Assembly (NCBI GenBank): GCA_965230995.1
Contig: OZ246398.1
Span: forward strand, 73,868-137,867
DNA: 64,000 bases
Direction: 5' to 3'
From: an uncultured Candidatus Saccharibacteria bacterium
GTDB lineage: Bacteria > Patescibacteriota > Minisyncoccia > Phycocordibacterales > G965230995
The notes under the pieces were generated by a model that made no database searches, had not been told where the DNA came from, and saw only the letters and a program-made list of their open reading frames with translations. Below are positions 60,877-64,000 of the stretch, piece after piece (position 1 is the first letter of the stretch; each line of letters starts with the position of its first letter). The translations under genes and the position numbers were made by a program.

Positions 60877-61995
60877 TTACAGATCAACAATCTTTCCTTT
60901 TACTATTTCTCGAAACACTGGCTTTCTATCAACTTCACAATCCTCGTTAAATGTAAGCGTTCCTGTTACCGCAGAATAATTTTCTAATTGGCTTATATAC
61001 TCTCCGACTTTCTTTGGATTATCACCAACGGCTTTTATGGCATCAAGTAATATCACGATTGGATCATAAGTAGCAACGACAAATAGAGGTGCTTCGCTTT
61101 TATATTTTTCCTGATATTTAGCTTTAAAATCTCTTGCTATATCAGAATCGCTACTCTGTATGCTCGACTGATATTCGTAATCAACAAATTTTGCATTACC
61201 AAGTAATGCTTTGTCATTCAGAGATGGATTGTTTACTGTGTAGTAATCAGTAATTATTGGCAAAACAATACCGAGTTCTCTCATTTGGTTTAACATAGGT
61301 TCAATTGTATTGGTCACTTGTGCAATTACAATGGCATCATTTTCACCCTGTCTTGCTTTTATCTTTGTGAGATTAGTTCTATAGTCACCAACAGAATTTT
61401 GTGTGTTATAAAATTCTGAAATCAATATATCCCCCTTAAATTCCTTTTTTAATTCCTCATATATTCCCCTACCATATTCATTATCTGGTAGTAGCGTTGC
61501 AATTTTTTGATATTTATTCTTTTCAAGTAGTTCAGAATATGCTGGACCAAAGTTTTTTGCAGTAAGCGCTATCCTGCATGACATATTATCTCCATCAAAA
61601 TATGCCGGCGTCGTCGGTATTCCAGTAATAATCAAATTTCCATCCTTTAATACAGTTTCTCTCAGAGAAGCAACAACAGGACTTCCGTCAGTCACAATAT
61701 ATTTAACACCGCGAAATTTCAGCTCGTTGTATGAATTAAGTGCAATTTTAGGATCATAACCTGAATCTGAAATGATTATTTCTACCGGTCTCCCATCTAT
61801 ACCGCCCTCGGCATTAATCTTTTCTTGTGCCAAATACACGGCTCTTTTCTGTGTTTCTCCCAATGCCGATGCTGGACCAGTCAAAAACAACTGAACACCA
61901 ATTTTTATTGATTCTTTATTGTCGTTTTTCAAAAACACAAAACTCACAACAACAATAACCAGAATCACTCCGAGCAGTATTTTTAATATTTTCAT
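60877..61995 (-). CDS. LivJ/LivK-like ABC substrate-binding protein 3
   Basis: IKIGV...LTGP, INAEGGIDGR, DYRTNLTKIK, AVTGTLTF. Confidence 0.9.
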   Translation of the reverse strand: MKILKILLGVILVIVVVSFVFLKNDNKESIKIGVQLFLTGPASALGETQKRAVYLAQEKINAEGGIDGRPVEIIISDSGYDPKIALNSYNELKFRGVKYIVTDGSPVVASLRETVLKDGNLIITGIPTTPAYFDGDNMSCRIALTAKNFGPAYSELLEKNKYQKIATLLPDNEYGRGIYEELKKEFKGDILISEFYNTQNSVGDYRTNLTKIKARQGENDAIVIAQVTNTIEPMLNQMRELGIVLPIITDYYTVNNPSLNDKALLGNAKFVDYEYQSSIQSSDSDIARDFKAKYQEKYKSEAPLFVVATYDPIVILLDAIKAVGDNPKKVGEYISQLENYSAVTGTLTFNEDCEVDRKPVFREIVKGKIVDL

Positions 61996-62150
61996 ATTAA
62001 TAAATCATTTATATTAATGGTCATATTATAGGTGTTTCATTGATTGACGTCATAAAATTTTACTCACAAATCACATTTTGTATATATACCCTTTATTTAA
62101 AAGGTAAAAAAGCCATTTACTTTCGTCATAAATTATGACACTATACTAGT

Positions 62151-62891
62151 ATGGATAAAATAGAGCAGAGTTTAATAAAGTATGGGCTAAGTCAAAGAGA
62201 GACCCGTGTTTATTTATTTTTGTTAAAAAATAAAGACATCGACGTAACAACCATAGGCAAATCCCTATCCTACCCTCGTGCAACTGTTTATAAAACATTA
62301 GACGATCTGAAGACTAAAAACCTTGTTTCTAGCTGGGTTAAAAACGGGATTAGACATTATTATGCTGAAAATCCAAAAACAATAGAAAAAGATGCTCAAG
62401 AAAAAATGGAGATGATCAAAGAAATAATTCCTGACCTGAGCCTTTTTTTTGGCACAGTGACAAAAAATCCAAAGATTTTTCTATACGAAGGTACAAACGG
62501 GATTAAAAATGCTTATGACATGTTGCTTGAAAAAATAAGCACAAAGAAAAATTTACGAATGTATGTCTACACCGACGGCGAACTGATTCCAAAATTACCT
62601 AGATTTTTCAAGGAATGGCGAAAAAAGAGACTTGTCGCGCCCGCAACATCACAAATAATCATACCGGAATCATTTTTGTCGTCTTCTGATTATAAAAGCG
62701 ACGCGCACAGAGAAACCCGTGTAATAAAAGGCGAGTCACCAATGGTAGGTACATTTAACATCTGTGATTCTTTGGTTTTATTTTTTTCGTATAAAGAAGG
62801 AAATATGTATTCAATTGTCATTGACTCACCTGTCATCGCCGAAATGATGACCGGAATATTCAAATATGTATGGAATAGTTTAGAGAAATAA
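62151..62891 (+). CDS. TrmB-family transcriptional regulator 4
   Basis: YGLSQRETRVY, YPRATVY; clear paralog of 59732-60475. Confidence 0.88.
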   Translation: MDKIEQSLIKYGLSQRETRVYLFLLKNKDIDVTTIGKSLSYPRATVYKTLDDLKTKNLVSSWVKNGIRHYYAENPKTIEKDAQEKMEMIKEIIPDLSLFFGTVTKNPKIFLYEGTNGIKNAYDMLLEKISTKKNLRMYVYTDGELIPKLPRFFKEWRKKRLVAPATSQIIIPESFLSSSDYKSDAHRETRVIKGESPMVGTFNICDSLVLFFSYKEGNMYSIVIDSPVIAEMMTGIFKYVWNSLEK

Positions 62892-62898
62892 GAACAAA

Positions 62899-62930
62899 GA
62901 AAACCGCAAGCGTTCCGCTTGCGGTTTTCT
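62899..62930. terminator. Terminator, identical to 60839-60870
   Basis: Same hairpin sequence. Confidence 0.8.
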
Positions 62931-62949
62931 TTTTGCGACAAATAATGGT

Positions 62950-64000
62950 TTATTCCAATACTTTCCACTTTCCTCCTTCTGCTTCAATCATCAACACTTC
63001 TCTGTTTGATCTTCCCTTTTCATCAAAGGTAACTAGTCCGGCAACCCCGTCATATTCTATATTCTCTACTGTCTCTGAAAAACAATCGTTATCCAGCGTA
63101 TCGTTTTTGAAACATTTTTCAAAACCAGCTTTTATAATATACATATCATCGTATGGATAGACGATAACTGGTGAGATTCCCTCTCCAAAACGTGCTTTAT
63201 ATTTTGCAATAAACTGATTTGTTTTTTCTGAATTACCAACATCGGCAAAACCATACCAAGTGCTCACAGTATTATTTTCCGAGAACAATTGCCTCATTTC
63301 TGCAGTATCGGCTACAGGGAGTGTTGGTGCAGTATATTGGAATGTTTGAGTTCCAATATGACCCATATCATTTAGCTGTTTAATGAGCAAATGTGCGTGC
63401 CTCCATGCACAAGCAATCAAAACATCGTCGTCATTTAAATCTAATTTTGTAATGCTCGTTCGCAAGTCTGTTGCATTTGATTGAAAATATTCTTGTTTTT
63501 CTACATTTATTGCAGAACCTTTTAACACTTTCTTTGCTGAATCGACATACAACTGGCAAACATCACTTTGTTCTGAAATTATTTTTACAGGACGTGAATT
63601 TCCAACACGGTTTATGACTTCGTTTGCAATTGCCACACCACTATGTTCAGTATCAAAGCTGTCTCTAAAAAATATCTCGCTTTGTTCGGCTATCCTGCCA
63701 TCGTTTGCGGAATAGAACATCGGCTTTTTTGCATCCATTACTGTTTGGCTGATTGCCTGAGTAAGATTGGTTCTACCAGAGAAAATCACATCTGCTCCAG
63801 ATAAAATGAGTTTCTGCGCAACAGATGCTGCAACTTTCGGATCACCCTGATTGTCTTCTGATATAATTTCTACTCTCTTTCCAGCAATACCTCCATTTTT
63901 GTTTATTTCTTCTGCCGCTAAAATCAGAGCATTTGTATCTGACTGCCCCAAGAAAGCAAGGCTTCCGCTCAGCGCTGAGTTATTTCCAATCTTAATTACA
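62950..64000 (-). CDS. LivJ/LivK-like ABC substrate-binding protein 4 (5' end beyond window)
   Basis: EEINKNGGIAGK, EDNQGDP, DLRTSITK, GVAGLVTFDEKG; frame open to the window edge. Confidence 0.9.
   Translation of the reverse strand, partial: VIKIGNNSALSGSLAFLGQSDTNALILAAEEINKNGGIAGKRVEIISEDNQGDPKVAASVAQKLILSGADVIFSGRTNLTQAISQTVMDAKKPMFYSANDGRIAEQSEIFFRDSFDTEHSGVAIANEVINRVGNSRPVKIISEQSDVCQLYVDSAKKVLKGSAINVEKQEYFQSNATDLRTSITKLDLNDDDVLIACAWRHAHLLIKQLNDMGHIGTQTFQYTAPTLPVADTAEMRQLFSENNTVSTWYGFADVGNSEKTNQFIAKYKARFGEGISPVIVYPYDDMYIIKAGFEKCFKNDTLDNDCFSETVENIEYDGVAGLVTFDEKGRSNREVLMIEAEGGKWKVLE

Overview
AT-rich bacterial chromosome segment read in genetic code 11. It is most consistent with Patescibacteria/CPR (Parcubacteria-like): no rpmD in the spc operon, a tRNA-Ile(UAU), several TrmB-like regulators and many apparently leaderless genes. 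Housekeeping content: recG, ftsH, smpB plus tmRNA, infC-rpmI-rplT, ndk, map, two tandem adk, secY, the str-S10-spc ribosomal protein cluster (interrupted by accessory genes), rpmB, split comEC, sod, rnhA, recJ, RNase P RNA, tRNA-Ser(GCU) and tRNA-Ile(UAU). The most striking unexplained signals are mostly non-coding. (1) At 55.5-56.5 kb a promoter-driven GC-rich cassette carries two identical type III hammerhead ribozymes with cleavage sites 314 nt apart. They separate two diverged, colinear ~300-nt structured RNA units and a small ORF, and the cassette lies divergent to a TrmB regulator. (2) A small structured element follows the 3' ends of both tRNA-Ile (two exact 157-bp tandem copies) and tmRNA. 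In each case a covarying 24-nt hairpin splits an antisense copy of that host RNA's own acceptor strand and T-arm. (3) GC-rich single-gene cassettes with conserved flanks. (4) Two unannotated ncRNA candidates at 21.7-22.25 kb. (5) A tandem array of divergent TrmB / orphan substrate-binding-protein modules. All calls are by-eye motif recognition; no database search or folding program was run.
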